A stretch of 64,000 nucleotides of DNA from Balanoglossus misakiensis (taxonomy: Eukaryota; Animalia; Hemichordata): positions 5,368,760 through 5,432,759 of the forward strand of contig CM082576.2 of assembly GCA_040954595.2 (NCBI GenBank). The letters run 5' to 3'. The position numbers and the translations under genes were made by a program. The first letter of the stretch is position 1, and each line of letters opens with the position of its first letter. The notes below the pieces were generated by a model that did not search any database, was not told the DNA's origin, and saw only the letters and a program-made list of their open reading frames with translations. Below are positions 1 through 13,916 of the stretch, one piece after another.

Positions 1-502
1 GATTGAAATTCTCGTAAGGGGATCTTTTCAGAGGTAATCGGGGGGGGGGGGGGTGTTTTGGAATAGTACGTAGATTCTGTGGTGTCGCATAATAGCATGT
101 TAATAGCATAACTTGAGAGACAGAAAACAGTATGCAACTGAAAGACAACTAAACGGACAAGCTGATACACGTGACAACAGATAATGATTGGTGTGTTTTA
201 AAACAGCCAAGTCAACCAGTTACTGTATTTTCTACAACAACTACCTTCCAACAAAGTCATCATACTTTGGACTCTTCGCTATCATTGTCGTAAATCATAC
301 TGTTTTATATAGTCAGCATTGATTTACATTTTGAAATAAAAAATACTTCATTGTAGTGATAAAACAAGTAGACTGTGAAACTAGTTCTAGGCGAAGACTC
401 GGCCAATAACTACTAAATCCATACATTTGGCGCCGTATTCAAAGAAACAAATTTGCAAGAGAAACAGTACCATGTCTGTTAGGGCAACTCAGAACTTGGA
501 AC

Positions 503-786
<284 letters not shown>

Positions 787-3700
787 GCAGTCGCTAAGAC
801 CTCTTAAACTTGTACACATTTTCAATGCCAGATTTTGAATAAAAATGATTCACTACTTCGACTACTACATGTCCTTTTTCACAAAAACATATTGGAAAAT
901 ATAGGATTTGCAAGACAACAGTTTGGAATATAATGTTTTCCCCTGTGAGTCTTGTATTTTCAATTGATGTATGGCTTGCGTGATATGAAGTCGTTTCTCC
1001 TTTTCAAGGCCTGTTTATGAGACACGCACGATGAACATTTTCCTTGAAATGTAGGAATTATGGTTTCCATTTGAGTGCACTCTATACACGACGTCTGCAA
1101 TAAATGGGTATTTATTGCACGAAAACCTCACAGTCTTTCCTGGCTTCGTGAAAGAGCCACGTTTTACTTTTTTTTAAATGCTGACTTTTAAGAGGAAATC
1201 AAGCTAACAGCGAGATTAATGGGCAGATGGATGACTGGATTAATGGAATGGGGGAAGAGATAGAGAGAGAGGGGGGAGGAAGGAATGGACGGATACCAGT
1301 GTGTGTGTGTGAGTAAGCATGTCTGTATCCATGCGCATCTTTGCACAGAATCGCCCATCATTGCCGGCGTTTAACAGATGCACTTTAATTGTTCTCGTGT
1401 GGGAAGTGGTGCTTTCATGCTGCTGACATAGATCTGACGACTGACTGGTGGCTCGACAGACAGAGTCTCTCTTATAGCCCCGAGGCATTGTTAAATGCGC
1501 TCTCTCAATCTATTTCATACGGCAAGCCAGTCTTCGTTCGTGTAAACATTCCCTCTTGTCGGAGTATGTACTTCAGGAAATGGTCTCCCATGGCCGTTTG
1601 ATTCGAGTTTCCGAAGGCATGAAAACAACGGATGAGTAATCGATGATGGTTACGCTGACGCTCACGGATAATCGCCAGAACTCAACAAGGCGAACTAAGA
1701 TGGGGCAGATTTTGCACAAAATGACCAGGAAACCTATTACAAATATAGACCACTTTACCATAAGATACTAGTTGTAGATATGTTGCCATGTATGTCCTCT
1801 ACTGACTTCAAAAACGATGCCGTGGTCTATTCTGTTTTGTTCATTACGTTTAGGGGCATTGCTCCTTCAGAAAATCCAAAGCAAGACACATTATTAAAAC
1901 AACAAAGCAAACTATGGAAATATTCGCTGCCTCATCTCTCATTAATATGTATGTTTGATTTCACGCATGATTTCATACACTCGGGATCTCGATATAAATT
2001 CTAAGATTTTGTGACACCGTACAAACAACGCATCTCTGTTGCGAATTAAAAACGACAAACTGTTTTGTCAATTAAGAGAGAGGATATTACATGCAAAATG
2101 TATGAACTTCACGGAGCTTGAATGCAATGTTGCGCACGCGCTCTCTCCAAAGACACGTCATGGCACTGGTCATATAGCCAGAGGTGTCATCATTGATAGC
2201 ATTAAACATTTATCCATTGAAGTTCATTGACTGGTCTCTCAAGAAAGGGAAACCACAAGTCTATACTGTCCACACTGTGATTCAAAAGTTTCATATATTC
2301 CTAAGTTCCACCTCTGACGTCATTCCTTGTATGAAGGTAACTGAATATCATACAACTGGTGTCATTATATAATTCCTCCCATAAGTGAGGAAAGCGAATC
2401 AATCATTGATGTATTCTCCTCCATAATAATAAGAGGGATTGGGGTTGATTATTAACGATGCATGTCTTTATCATGAACAATGCCAATTTATTCATGACTA
2501 CTCGAGGGGGAAATTTCCCTTTAGAATTGAGGATACCTTTTAGCTTTTGTCCTTCCGACAGCGACATTGGTGATCTATTATTCGCGGTGTTTATGGTATG
2601 AATTAAGACGGGCTCCGTTTCTCTTATTGAAATGAAAAGTTGAAAAGTTAGCGTTTAAGAGTTTAAAAGGTCATCAAGTAGGGAACGACATTCACCTTGA
2701 CCATGAGTGTCAATCAATAGCAGCAGGAGCTGAAATACTGTATCTGCGCAGATCTGTCTTCTGACGCAGTCAATTACGGCAGTCAATTACAGCCAACCGA
2801 GTTAATTACAATTTTAAGACTCGAAGGAAGTGATGCATCGGTGAGGCGTTAAGACCAGGCGGGAGCGTCCAATCTGAAGCATCTCAGACCCCGTCGCGTT
2901 ACGTAAAATATTCAATCCCGGGCGGGAACCTTCGTGACGTGCCGGGGAACGTGTCGTGACACCAGGAAACTAGCGATAGCTAAACTAATTGGGTTCCCGA
3001 ACGTGACGTCGATTAGCTGTGTGGGTACACATCAAAGCGTTGCACATAAAGGCGAGGAAATTAGATTTTTGCAGTCAAGGTGTGGACTGTACGTAAATAA
3101 GACTCGCGCTGCGCGTGTGTTTTCGTGTTATACTCGTTCTTGTTTTTCTCTCTCTTGACGGTAATCACGCAATACGTCGATGCAAATGATACTTAAGCTG
3201 GCAAAGTCACTCTTGCCCCGGTCTGCAATGCTCAACAATCCCCCTTTACCGCAGAAACCTTCCATCTTCACACTCACCTACTGAACTCCACGCTACCTCC
3301 CACGGATCCACTCCGGGAGTGCCGCGAAAGTGTCGATACATTTTACCCAGCTCCGTGTCAAAATCACGAATTTCATTTTAGAGGTCGAGCGAGAAAAGTC
3401 AAATTGCATTATTAATGCTAAACTTGCTGCGTGAGCATTTTGATAAATCTACATTCAGACCCGACATTCTGCAAGATTCCTTCTCACAAATCACAGTTTA
3501 AATATACTATCCATATCATATCTTATGCCCCCTCGCGAAGTATTTCTAATTCTATGTTCTGCAAATTGTTCTACAGTCTAGTTTTCCCTGTATTAAAAGA
3601 AGCGCGGTCCCGATGGTCCAATTCCAAGTTGATTTCAATACCATGTATCTGATAGAATTCGGCCATTTTCAAGAAAGCAAGAATTCCAGGGCGTGTACAT

Positions 3701-6700
3701 ATTCGACTTCTCCGTAAATGACCCGTACAGGAAGACTTCAACTGCAATAAAAGCCGCCAACATTTGTGTCGATGTTCACCCGATGTCGATGTTTGTGTCG
3801 ATGTTCAACACCTCCGGCCATGGCAGCCTGTAATTTGGACGGGATGTACGCACCGCGACGTTTTTTTGCTCGGGGAAAATACTTTGTTAATGAGGTGAAA
3901 TATGCCTTACTTTTTTACGTGCTGACACGGCTGACACGTATTTCCCCCTAACAAGATGGCATTTCTATTGACAGGTCGCAGAGCTACTGCAAAATGAACT
4001 GAAGTCGGGTCGGGTACAGATTCACACTCCAAAGAGGGCTAAAAGACGGATAACAACTTGATTGACAACCATACGGTTGCAGTATTCGGTGTACAATACA
4101 ATGCTTTGGTATTTTAAAAAGTGGAAATGTCTAATATTTTTGTCGGCGCTCAGACTGGAAGGCAAGCTAGTGCATATGCAGGTCTATTTTCCCACAAAAC
4201 ACAAAGACCAGACTCCATTCAAAATAATAATTACGTAATTTTCGCGTTCTCGTGCTAATCATGAAAATTATCATGAGTTGATACTTGTATTGCTTTCTTT
4301 TATGTTGGAAACAAGTTATCCTCGACACGGAAGTAAATTATAAAAATCTTGTGTCATTATTTTTAACTTTTCAGTGAAGTATGACCCTTTGAACACCCAG
4401 AGAAATGGTGTTGAATCCAGTATGGATTTTAGATCATTCCTTCATAATATTCACGTATATTACGTCCAGCACGAAATGTAAGTGACAACTAGTCAGACAC
4501 TTCAAAACAAAGAAAAGCGCGAAGAAAAGTTCTTTTAGTCGTTTTTTTTCTTTTACCAATGACTCTAACAACTCAAACTGGGCATCTTGATCTGACCGCC
4601 CATAATATATTCTTATCATCGTTAATGGTTGCAGATCGCATCGTCATGATGGAAGAAACGTGATAAGTCTATAAAAATAAAAGGTCATCGAAATTTACCT
4701 CGGTTTGCCTCATGGAGCGGGCGGGAACGCAGCGCTCAACGTAAGCCCTGTTAAGGATGTCAGTTTCCACCCGATAGAGTTCTTCATTTCAGCGGCGCGC
4801 GCGCCCAGGGGATATTTGACATCTTGTGCAGACTCGTCGGTTCGTTACTTTTCACAAAGGTTGAAACTCACCAAAAGGTGTTTTCTGAAATTGTGCAAGA
4901 CGGCGTGCTGTGAAAACAGTGCCCTACTTTGCAAGAGTTTATAGCGCACTGACGTTATGATGACATAATGATAGATTGGTCAAAAAACAACTGGATTTAA
5001 ATCTCAGCTAAATCTTGCCAGAAATATCTACTTTTCGTCTAGGTACCATTATATAGTGTAGCTGTGCTACAACAGTTCGTCTACAATCAGTTTTACTTTT
5101 TCAAACAACAGTCTGCATGGCTTAGGTCAGTGTAAAAAAGTTGTGTTTTAATTTTTCGCCATCCAGAAATATGATAGGTAGGTAGGAAATATTTTCATTT
5201 GACTCACTCGGTCGGAAGAAAGTTGCGAGATTTATCCAAAAATGATACGAATTTGCGTTCTCGGTGTTCTGGTGGCCGAAAACTCTAATCCAAAAATATC
5301 ACACTTTTGTGCGTAAAAATCGTAAATCCCTGAAGTTTTACAGTCGGCCGTCTGTAAGTCGATCGATCGCTTTAATCGAAAAGTCATTCGCTGTTTTCGT
5401 CAAACCAACAATTATCAAAATAAAAAATATCAATGTATACCACGTAAAAACAATTGCTCTTTATTCTTCTCACAGCTGATGTAGAACTTAGACTGGCAGT
5501 GAAGTTATTCATATCGGAATTTTTGATGTCGTAGACAAAGGGAACAACGTCTACCTCGGTTCTGGTTGCGTGTCGTCGACAAACTCTCCAACCTTTGCGC
5601 ACTGAAGGTAGAGTTTGACAAACAGATCGATGTCTACTTTCCAGCGGTACCATTGAAGTCACCTGATATTACATATGGATGTTCTTCTCCCTTGTTTACT
5701 CATTTCCGCCCGTCAAACCCCGGAGCGTTGCTTGTTACTCTCTCATTCGAGCAAGGGTCACGTGCTTGCCGGCGTCATCCAAGCCCCTTTCGGAGAGTGT
5801 AGTCATTCTTCTTTCAGGTTCCCACAACTAGTCAAATTACAGAACATCACGTACCCAACTACTCTGAAAACGAAGACGTTTATGGCGGAGTTCGTATTTT
5901 TTGGTATAATTTGTTATCTCCACCCGAAGCACAATTTTCTTTCATGGCCAACCTACATGTTCACCCCGTGTCGCCCACACAGAGGGGTTAAATCATATTT
6001 TTAATGGCTTGTTAATATGTCAACTCGCAAAAAAGCAGTTTTTGATTGGATGGTTGCAAGAAGCAAGTACTCCTATGTGAAATGAGATTTCTTTTTTTTT
6101 TTAAATTATAAATAGACGACTTTCAAATTTAATAGTTAAACAAGTTGCGAATCTTATATACTTCTTTCTCGTTAGAAACGCACCGTGGTTTGCACATGCC
6201 CCCTCCCTTTGAGGAATAGACAAGGGTCACTCTGATCTGATCAACATAAATATTTCCTCCCAACGAAAACCACTTTCGCTAAAACCATTTTGGCGTCAGC
6301 TATCAGTGGGACACAAGACTAAAACCGAAGCGTTATCATCAATTCGTGTGAAAAACGGGTTCACTCGGTCCAACAGGTCAGGGGAAATGATCGCGTTGAT
6401 CCTACAGTAATTGATGGCGTGCCGCATTTTAATGGGGAAGAGGGGGACGCACATATACGTGTGTTTGTACAAGTCGACACAGTATCCGGAATGTGATGCG
6501 TCATTTTATGACGCTGATATGATGAATAGCAGAGTGAGTCGAAATTAATATCCGTATATGCAACATCAGTTAGTAAAATGATACAGACATCATATTTCTG
6601 CATGTCATGCATGTATTACAGTATCCTGTTGGTTTTGTCTCGCTGACACTGTATGTCATCGGCATCACCTCACCCTTTCATTTCTCTTCATAAACAACGC

Positions 6701-9700
6701 ACATGCCACATATTTTCCGGAAGCTGAGCATCTGATCTTTAGTATGAAGTGAATAACTTACAGGAAATTCGGAAGGTCGCTGATAGGTGTCAGAGAGATA
6801 AACAGCCATTCGGTGTTATGTCGTTGTAAGATAAAATAACTCACTTCAGGGAAGAACTCGCGCGGGGAACTTCTGTTTTGTGGTAATACCTATCCTCGCT
6901 CTTCCTAGGCAGATCTACGTTCTGAGGGGAAATCGTTAAACTCACATTGATCACAATTCAATTGAAGTTTAGTCCCGCCGTGAGTACTTCATCGACGTCT
7001 TTAAAACTGATTTACAAAAGAGTGGAAATCTGAGACGATTCGGCCAACGCACAGCCAACAGTTCGCAAAAACAACCTTTAAAAGTCGATAATGGTAAGTT
7101 ACCAAATAATCAATAAGAGTGCCGCGGTGACCGGATTTTAAAAATGTGTTTTATCGATTGGTCACCTCTTTAACCAACATTATTTAATGACAAGCTGCAA
7201 TTTGTCTAGAGAGTGGAATTTGACAAACAATTGCAATTTTCTGTACAGTGCCTCCTTAAAGGTAATAAAAGCAACTTTGAAGATATTTTATACTGATCGA
7301 CCTCTCATTCGCGGAGCATTATGGGTATTTCAAAGACTCATCAAGGTATACGAAGCGCCTGTCATGATTGGACGCGCGCTCATTTCGGCCGTTTCTCAGA
7401 TAGTTTGCCCCAGGCATGGTGCGTGGGGAATCATGGTGGGCCACATACATTCATTAATGTCTCTTCAATGCGAATCATAAATCGCTCTACAATTGTCCAA
7501 TCTTCCAGCTTTGTTATCAGTGCCGCCAAATTGCGCAATAATCTTGAATGAAGCACTTAAACATGCGTTTTTTTCTATCATTTGCGTGAATACTGACTGC
7601 ATTACACTGCGGTATAGCTTATGGATAATAACGGAAATCGCTGAAGAGAACACACGCCATAGGGTCCATTGTTCAGTGACGTAATTATATCAAGTGAGCT
7701 CCCTTCTTCTGACCCTGGACCATCGAACAGTGTATGCATTCGTATTGAAAGAACGAATTTTTATATTGGGTCAGAATTCTAGTATTACACGCACAGTATA
7801 TATATTAGATGGAAACCGGGGCTTTATATTGGTGGATATACTGCCTAGGTTTATATTCTCCTCTATACAAAGAAATAATCAAAATTTCTGTAGGCAACGA
7901 GGTCTGGTAATGCATTACATTTTGCACCCAAACACCGGGAAACGCCTACAATTTTACCGTTCCTGCATAGAATAATGAAGAAGGGCAGTACAAAGCCCAA
8001 CTCATTCAAGTGTGATGCGGGGAATGCTAAGATACTTTCCTCTGTAGTATTCACTGAATATGCTTATTCCTATATATGTCTTGAATCAATTAGTTCTAGG
8101 GCACAATATGTGTCGGTTCATACGCAACACCTCGGCGCTCTCGAGGAAAAACGAAAGAAAGTGGAAACAATCTCGTCGGCGTCGCAAGATTAGCCACAGC
8201 CAAAATTTTGCGCACACAGGCTATATAGTTTGCGCACCCTCGAATGACGTCACTGTATGCTGATGCGGCAAGGTGAAATCTGCCGTGTAATCTGTTGCAT
8301 TACAACACTACATGTGACCAGTCTCTTTGTTCTCTTGGGACATTATCTATGATAATGCACTGGTACCAGTGCAATATCTGGATATTGCACTGCACCTGGC
8401 ATAATAAGATTCACTACAACAAACAAGATAGCTTTGACAGGAGGTGCTGCCTCTGGCGGGAAGAACTGCTTCCAGGTGCACACACTTGGTTCGTCCATCT
8501 TTCTTTGTCGTGATCTCTGCGCTGCAGGGCTGAAAGCTTGATTTTTTTTCGACGTACCCAAACTTCCCTGAAGTGCCTACGCTAAAACTACAAATTTACA
8601 AGTTCCGAGGAAAATGACAGAAAAATGGTACTTACAGTAGAGGATGTGCGCAATGGCGGCTGCAGGCCAGGAGAAAGGCACCCTTGATTTTCTGCAGGAC
8701 ACTTTCCATGACCGATGGTTTATGTACATTCTCTTCAATGAAGCTACCAAAATCTTGGAATATCCAGTCCATATCGTAAAAGCTACGCCTTTCGCTTTCG
8801 CTTGGTGTCGGAACGCGCTCTGGGTAATGAAAAGCTCGTGCTCTTCGCTACTTTCGGCCATGGTGTTTGTCTGTCGAAGGTTGAGTTCCGAATGATGATG
8901 GAAACGTGGCACCTCAATGACCACGTGACAAATGCCCTGGCTGACAAGTATCCAATCGAAATGAGTCATACACCAGGTGTATTTTGCGACGCTTGTGATT
9001 GGTTGATGCGGTTGAGAAGTTGTTTAGCATATATCAAGATCACAGATGTTGCGACGTATTGTAAGCCGGATAATGTACTCTTGTCGTGCAATCGTTCAGA
9101 TATTGAACGATTGCACTCCACTCGTACATTATCCTTTACATAGTACATGCATCGATGATGATGTGTGTACCCCCAGATGTACATCTTATAATGTATACAC
9201 GATAAAAATGACCTAAACCGATGCTTCGGCCGTCGTTGCGTATGTCAATCAAGAAGCGACAAACACCGTGCAATTATCAATGGATGGAACAATGTACGTG
9301 GAAAAGTCACACGCATTTCAAGAAATCAGAATAGCTGAATTGTACATGTAATGTGGTGTATATGATTTACTGACAAAGGAAAAGTGGACGATCGACATGG
9401 TCGGTGTCCAGGATCTCATTTCTGTCAAAAGGTTCCAAGGCGGCCAGTATACACACGTATATCAGCATTATGTAACGTTCTGCCGGGTCAATGATTTTCG
9501 TTGATGAGATTCAACGGGAAGCTGTCATAATTGTGTGACTGCAATTATCGGTTTATTACCTTCTACCATCATTACTTGTCACCTATTCCAATGTGTTCAT
9601 TACACGATTTGCATATTAATGTCAGTTGTTTTACCCGTGAATGAACATTTTAGCCACAAGCCCTGTAATTTAGCTAACGTTGCCTGTAACAGCCGTAACA

Positions 9701-10664
9701 GCCTATAGTCTTCACGTTAGGTGTGCTTGACACTGTGCAAATTAGTGTAACTCTTTCCCCAAACTTGGCTCAGAATTGGCTGAATCATCTCAAATTGTCA
9801 CACTTGATTTTTATCAATATCGTACAACAAAACAAGACTTTTGTTCGTAAATACAGTTCTCAAAGTAAAGATACATATTGAATCTGAGTGACAGTGGTCC
9901 CATGCATTTCGGTCTGCGCCTCCTGTTCACAAAATAGGTGTGTGTCAAAAAGCTTCAAAATGGCGTCTAACGGCAGTGTGTGTCACGTGTCAGATTTTGT
10001 GTCAGTTAGGTTATAAAATGATGCGGTTTAGCTTTGACCGAATGGAAACTCGATGAGGTACGTTGCCGGCAGCAAAAATGTCGCGCTAAAAACATCGCCT
10101 GTATTGTCAAAGACAAGTACGGGGCATATTTTCCCTGGGGATCAGAGATCAAGTGCTTGTCACTGTAAATCGCTTAGTATACTGGGTCATAGCAGGTGAT
10201 ACAATTTAATGTAAGCTCATGTATTACAAACAGATATTCCGCTTTAACTGTCTATGTTGTCTGTACCTCTCTGTTTATGTCTGTCTGTCTGTATCTGTCT
10301 GTCACTCTCTCTGTCTCTCTCTCGCTGTCTCTGTCTGTCTCTCTGTCTCTGTCTCAGACCCCCCTCTCTCTAAGATAAAGGATGAAAAGATAGTGAATAT
10401 TTGTTCAAAACAATGGTATGCCAAGCATAGGCACCTCAATTTATTATCAAATAATATAATTTAAAAACTGAAATCAAACGTGAACTGAAAAGCAAATTGG
10501 AATGTAGTTCAACTGTTATAATAAAAATATTACGATCGTTTCATTCATCGGTGACTGTGCCATGTTCAAAAGGTCTCGACGTATTGGAAAGACAAAACAA
10601 GAAAATATTGAAAAGTTATGTTTCTTGTAATCTTGAAATAATCTTGGAAGTGTGTACATTTTTA

Positions 10665-11048
10665 TCAATGTCTGATACAGTCAGGATCTACAGATGCTCC
10701 GTTGGTTATAGTACACATCCTGAGGCAATTTTTGAAGTCGTATGGAACTGCATCTTTTCGGAGCCAGGAATACGAGAAATGACACCAGGCACACTTGTGC
10801 ATGCAGAGTTTGCAGTTTTGACCGCATCTGTAATTCCTGGCATCGAAGACCTCTTCTTCTCCGTCTTCGTCTCGTTTGTCTTGAATTCTGTACTCCGAAT
10901 GAGCACCTGGAAGATCGATCGATATTCCCAGCGCCCTCAGAAGGTCGACGTCGTCTTCAAGGGTGGACGACTCAGTCACCGGAAATGCTGCCCACGTGAT
11001 CACTATTAAAATCATACAGACTCCCAGATTGGCCATGTAACTCGCCAT
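10665..11048 (-). CDS. Secreted cysteine-rich prepropeptide, eclosion hormone (EH)-like
   Basis: Single coding exon from ATG 11048 or 11036. It encodes a hydrophobic signal peptide (MANLGVCMILIVITWAAFPVTES), an acidic pro-region, a dibasic KR site, then C-x3-C-x2-C-x3-C-x2-C-x18-C-x3-C-x11-C. The last six Cys match the EH spacing (Manduca EH is C-x3-C-x2-C-x12-C-x3-C-x10-C). A CAGCAG acceptor sits just before the ATG, and an AATAAA lies at 10440-10445 on the minus strand. Confidence 0.75.
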   Translation of the reverse strand: MASYMANLGVCMILIVITWAAFPVTESSTLEDDVDLLRALGISIDLPGAHSEYRIQDKRDEDGEEEVFDARNYRCGQNCKLCMHKCAWCHFSYSWLRKDAVPYDFKNCLRMCTITNGASVDPDCIRH

Positions 11049-11260
11049 CTGCTGGTTTGGTGAGAACAAAATGCAACGCGAGATTATTTGTATTGTGTGC
11101 AGGAAAACATTCTGCGAAAAACTGACAACTTTCGCTGAAAAGGTTTCTCTAAATGCCACGGTCATGTTTGGATAAACAGTGCGTTCCATGCTGGAAACGC
11201 ACAAATAATCAACGAATAAACAAACGGTAAATTATGATTATCAGCATCCTTAATAATTAC

Positions 11261-11321
11261 CTCAGGCAAGATTTCGTCGAGGTTCAAACACAAACTTGTC
11301 AACTTCAAACTATTATTTATA
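11261..11321 (-). promoter_or_regulatory. Putative TATA box and short non-coding first exon of the EH-like gene
   Basis: Minus-strand TATAAATA at 11314-11321, followed by a GAG|GTAATT donor at 11261/11260 that can pair with the NAGNAG acceptor at 11049-11053. Confidence 0.5.
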
Positions 11322-13625
11322 CTTAATCAGTTGATTCCTGAAGAAAAATAATAACAACATCAGAAAGTGTCATTTGCAATCATGCCAATCATGCCGTTCA
11401 TCTTGTTAAATTTGTGTTTTAACCTACACCACCCGAATGAGGACATAGGAGGTATAATAGGATACAAATCTATATCATGCCCCTGTCCTTGTTTGTACTC
11501 AAAATATTGCGCTCTCTACACGGGATTAGGAATGGCCTATTTCCATATTATTTCCATATTTTGTAATCTTTCACGATTATCGTTCTCCGATGACGGCAAC
11601 GATTATCTTGTCACTCGGGGGTAAAATTAATCGTCCCGTGAAGGGGATATTTCGAATTTCCGTCTCGTAACCATAGGCGTTTTACGCACCATTAATGCCT
11701 GGATTAGCATATTTTTTGCGACGAACATGCAGTAATTTTTCAGGAGCGCTGCACTTAACAAACTGACTAGCACACTGTCAGAGAAACCGTCTACACAAAC
11801 TTCAAACTAATTTGACCAAATCAATTGTTCAAATTAGAACATTTAACTCGATATTCATTGACAACAACACAAATGTGTTTTATCTCGATTAAGTACTCAC
11901 TGGGCTGCCGCGAGAGCAAAAGTAGATTGAGTTTCATTGCGGTTTTTTAAAAACTTCAATGTCAAAGAATTAAGGTGGGTAGGGTATGAAACGGAAAACA
12001 TAGTATTTGTTTTTATGTAGCTAGTTTCTACTCTGATTTGTCTTTTTCGGGTTTGGAGAAATGCAACCATAGTTCAGATACTTATGAAAATTATGGTTTA
12101 TGGATGGTTACTATGCTCGCTATCATGAATGGTTCACTGAAGGATACAAAGGACAAGGTTGGTACTCTATGAACTGAAACGGTAGTTTATACAGTAACCT
12201 GTATGAATAGGCTCAATTTGATTTTGTCATCATTTCAAACCCTCTCAGCGAAGAGCGATGGTAGGTAACACTAAACAAAAGAACCCTTTTCCATATATTA
12301 AAGCTCTTAGATCCTGTTAACTTTTACAAGTTGGTTTTCTGTATTTGACATGGCGCCAGTTTTAGCCGGTTTCATGGGTGATAGTTTCCAGGTTGTCCTT
12401 AACGACGAATATAGCTTTGAAGAACGGATCAGGCACGGATCAGTACTATAATATTAATGTATGTACAACTGCGGAAGGGTGGAAGTATGCAGGTATACAC
12501 GTATACTCACGTTTGGAAATGGCGCCCTAGCTTCAAGTTCCGTAACAGTGATGACAGCTCAAGCCAGTAAGTAACTTTAATTTCAGGACACCAATACACA
12601 CTCCTGTCAGTGGAACTTCTAATTCTTAACAATACGCGTTCCCGGATTTTAAAACACCCCCTTTAAAAACCCACCCACTCCCTGGAGTGCCATACGAAGA
12701 TAGCCAATTACCTACGAACAAAAAGCAACGCGGATAGATATTCGCAATAATTAAAAATTATGGAAACTGTGTGAATGATTTCGATTGGGCGCGCATTTAC
12801 GCTGCCGTCAATTAGGCAGGGGATAAAATTGGTAATGAGATAGGTCAAAACAGAGGCGCCTGACGCAGTGGGGCGGTCTCAGAGGAGCGTGGATTATAAT
12901 TCAAAATGAGCCAATGGATATTGCCCCCATTTATTACAAATACACACTGGCAGAGTCAATTATGCCTAAACCAACAAGATGGGGTAACAAACGTACAGCG
13001 AGAATGGCTTGGGCCTCGTTATTCGCCGGTTCAAGAAGTTTGGGGAAATTAAATCAACTTCCTCACAAAATAAAATCAGACCTATTGTGCCTAATTTAAC
13101 CGATCATGAATCCTGCATTCAAAATTCGCCGTGGGCCGCATTTTTGCACCAAATGTCTAACGTCACACGGGATCCAAACCGAATGTACGTCATACAGGTT
13201 CCAGGTGTAAATCGTTTCCTGTAGCAATTAGGGCAGATTTTGGATGATCAGGAAACGACGTCTGTGATGTTGTACTTGAAAAAAGGCGGTCACTTAAATC
13301 AGACTACAGTTTCCTGCCCAGAGTTAATCGTTTTAACCAGAAAACGTCAAAGGGACCTCGCGTAAGTAGAGATTTCATTGGTGAACGGCAACACAGTCAA
13401 CTCGGCTATAACTTCTTATTGGGATCTTGTTATTTTAATAATGTACAGTGTCTCTGTGTACTTAAAAGTTTATCATATTTTACTTGGGTTCGGAAACATC
13501 AAATTAACTCGGTTCTTTAAGTCACCCATAACATTTTTTACTTCTCGATTATGAATATGGACATGGAGTAAACATGTTGTCAAGCTAGCCACTGCTAGGG
13601 TAATCTATATTTACATATCTGATAT

Positions 13626-13885
13626 ATGTATTTTATGTATGTATTTTATGTATGTATGTATGTATGTATGTATGTATGTATGTATGTATGTATGTATGTA
13701 TGTATTGTATTGTATTTATGTATTGTATGTATGTATGTATGTGTGTATGTATTGTATGTGTGTATGTGTGTATGTATGTATGTATGTGTGTATGTATGTA
13801 TGTATTGTATGTATGTATGTATGTATGTATGTATGTATTGTATGTATGTATGTATGTATGTATTGTATGTATGTATGTATGTATG

Positions 13886-13914
<29 letters not shown>
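13626..13914. repeat. (TATG)n tetranucleotide microsatellite, imperfect
   Basis: Directly visible; source of the MYVC/YIHT ORFs. Confidence 0.97.

Positions 13915-13916
<2 letters not shown>

Noticed and set aside
3278-3341. Possible minus-strand first exon (ATG...GTAG|GTGAGT, MYRHFRGTPGVDPWEVAWSSV)
   Set aside because: Good donor site, but no recognisable protein and no downstream exon found in the window.
8577-8969. ORF containing MAESSEEHELFITQS, vaguely like the N-terminus of Crypton/DUF3504-type proteins
   Set aside because: Too short, with no catalytic motifs; cannot be supported without a search.
10497-11009. 170-aa plus-strand ORF
   Set aside because: Antisense shadow of the EH-like coding exon.
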